NCBI GenBank assembly: GCA_030704615.1
Contig: CM060734.1
Coordinates: forward strand, 17,422,001 to 17,486,000
Origin: Takakia lepidozioides
Taxonomy: Eukaryota > Plantae > Bryophyta
Reading direction: 5' to 3'
DNA: 64,000 bases
The notes under the pieces were generated by a model. That model was not told where the DNA came from. It worked only from the letters and a program-made list of their open reading frames with translations, and did no database searches. A program made the translations under genes and the position numbers. Shown here piece after piece: positions 62,281 through 64,000 of the stretch (its first letter is position 1; every line of letters starts with the position of its first letter).

Positions 62281-62733
62281 AGAATGGGATTGCAGATTAA
62301 GTAAATGTATCTATATACTACTACCAATGATCATGCGCACCTGGAAAGTTCCAAATGTGCAACGAATGTGGGGTTTGGATAACAAGGATGACCGTGTATG
62401 ATATTCCAAAATTTGTCATCAAACTCTCGTTCATTTATATTTATTTGTTTAAGACTGCGCATCAATTTCTGGGATTCGCTGTTCTTTTTAAATATTGAAC
62501 CAGTTATAATTTAGAACACGCCGTTTTGTTTTGGGCGGCACACGTCAGACATCCATAACTGAATACGAACAGCTGTACACCAATTGCTGGCATGTGCACT
62601 AATATCGAAACGACTATGTGTAACGGTCACGCGGGAGGGAATCCGATGCTTCTAGAGACACGCAAGAACACAGGTTATCCCGCAAGAAATCGGGAGTCAC
62701 TGCGTTTTTCTACTTTTCGCGCTTAGAGGGAGA

Positions 62734-64000
62734 GTGGTAGTCAAGCTGGAGAGGGTTCCTTCTAGAATACGAAAGAGAAGAAAGTCTCTTTATTTTACTT
62801 CCCTTAGAGAGAGACGCAGAGCAAGAGAGCAAATGACGAGGCGTCGTTTGTTGGAGAACACAGGGCCAAGGCAGCAGGTGAACGCGGAGACTGATTCACA
62901 AGAGCAGACGGAGACTGAGGCAGCGGCTGCGACACAGCCGGCGATAAGAGTGCGCCAGCCTGTGGAGGCAGAGATGAATCGCAGGGACACTGAAGAAGGT
63001 GGAAGCACGCGGAACGCCGAACCTGACGAAGGTCAAGAAACCCTTGCGCAGACAGAAACTCCAGCAGATGTGAGAGGGAAGAGGAAAGCTGCAGAAGGGG
63101 ATCAAAGTTCAAAACCTAATAAGGTGCCAGTAAGTTTTATCATATAGTCTATGTGATTGCCTTTCAAGGAGTCCTTCCTCTTCCATTCTTTAGCAGGAAC
63201 TACTGAATCGCGAGCGTCGTTAACGCCATTCGATTCTGCTCATGAGATTTATGTACCTATGTGTTTGAAGAGAGAGTCTGCACTTACTATTCTCCCTAAA
63301 CTATACTGAATGTCGTTGCCGCCAATCAGTTGCACATATATGTCATTTCACAACACCGATCCGGCAGGTTGTTATCTTTTGTGATTGTCGTTAACGCCGT
63401 TCGCTATCGCTCTCACTTTTGTTTTGAATACGGCAGTCTCGGCTTTGCATCTGTAGATTGTGCTGAATTCTTTCACACCATTCATGGTGAGTTTCCTTGA
63501 TACAGAGTGATTGTCGTTACCGCCATTCACTATTTGCAAATGACTTAGTCAGAACTGAATGGCATCGTGCAGAAAACTGTGAGGTCGAAGCCTACAGGAT
63601 CAGAGGGGAAAGGATCTGGAGATGGGGACGAGTCCGCAAAAAGCTCAGAGAATACAGATGAAGCAGATGAATCCGAAGTGCACTACCTTGACAAGGTGAA
63701 AGAACTCATGTCATTCCAGAAGGTAAACTCTCAGGAGGTTATAAGGGACATGCTCGTATTTGGAGGGCGTCTGGACATACCTCTGTGCCGGATGATATCA
63801 ATGCCTGTTGTGCGTCCACCTCTTTCCCATGACATAACAAAATTGGAGAGTGATTTTGTGCATGGATATAGACTTGGTGCACAAGTTTTTTATGTGTCCC
63901 TGACGGATATAAATGGGAAAAGCACATTAGTTTCTCCAGAGATCAGTGATAACTGGGATGAGTGCTGGAAAGATGCCAATGAGGAGTTCGAGCTGGGCCT
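62734..64000 (+). CDS. 5' part of a ParB-MTase-type gene (family D), running off the window
   Basis: First exon with RIRKRRKSLYF; ParB-like RLDIPLCRMISMPVVRPPLSHDITKLESDFVHGYRLGAQVFYVS at about 63768-63900; D-type palindromes in the intron (63210, 63307, 63382, 63508). Confidence 0.75.

Overview
Repeat-dense eukaryotic DNA, most likely from a land plant (spliceosomal introns, a PLS-type PPR fragment, Ty3/gypsy debris, CG/CHG-type C>T decay). No intact host gene is visible. The window is dominated by a clade of large Mutator-like (MULE) DNA transposons from four diverged families. Element A (1309-24296) has the 9-bp TSD TCCATAAGG, and its empty site is preserved at 28971-28979. Element B (1972-17104, 9-bp TSD GTAAGAACA) is nested in the last intron of A. 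Also present are an inverted partial copy B' (47919-52239), a deleted element C (~33965-42269) and family D genes (58277-64000). A, B and C carry a DDE-SWIM-type MULE transposase with an N-terminal GCM-like domain (complete in B, partly deleted in A and C) and, divergently transcribed, a multi-exon gene that fuses a ParB/Srx-like domain (DGNHR) to a beta-class amino-(N4C/N6A) DNA methyltransferase fold with an atypical DIPDG motif IV. For D only the ParB-MTase gene is seen. Each family is decorated in its non-coding regions (promoter or subterminal DNA and, in B, C and D, introns) with its own 22-bp palindrome. The four palindromes share one geometry and, in A, B and C, are arrayed at near-integral helical-turn spacing (exactly 53 bp in B). 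My main hypothesis, an inference, is a transposon-borne parS/ParB-like loading plus methylation (self-marking or anti-silencing) system. All copies here show stops, frameshifts, deletions or truncation. The rest is Ty3/gypsy fragments (one with a PHD finger after integrase), LTR-like inverted pairs, a duplicated host repeat and a 500-N gap. All calls come from reading the sequence by eye; no database search was run.
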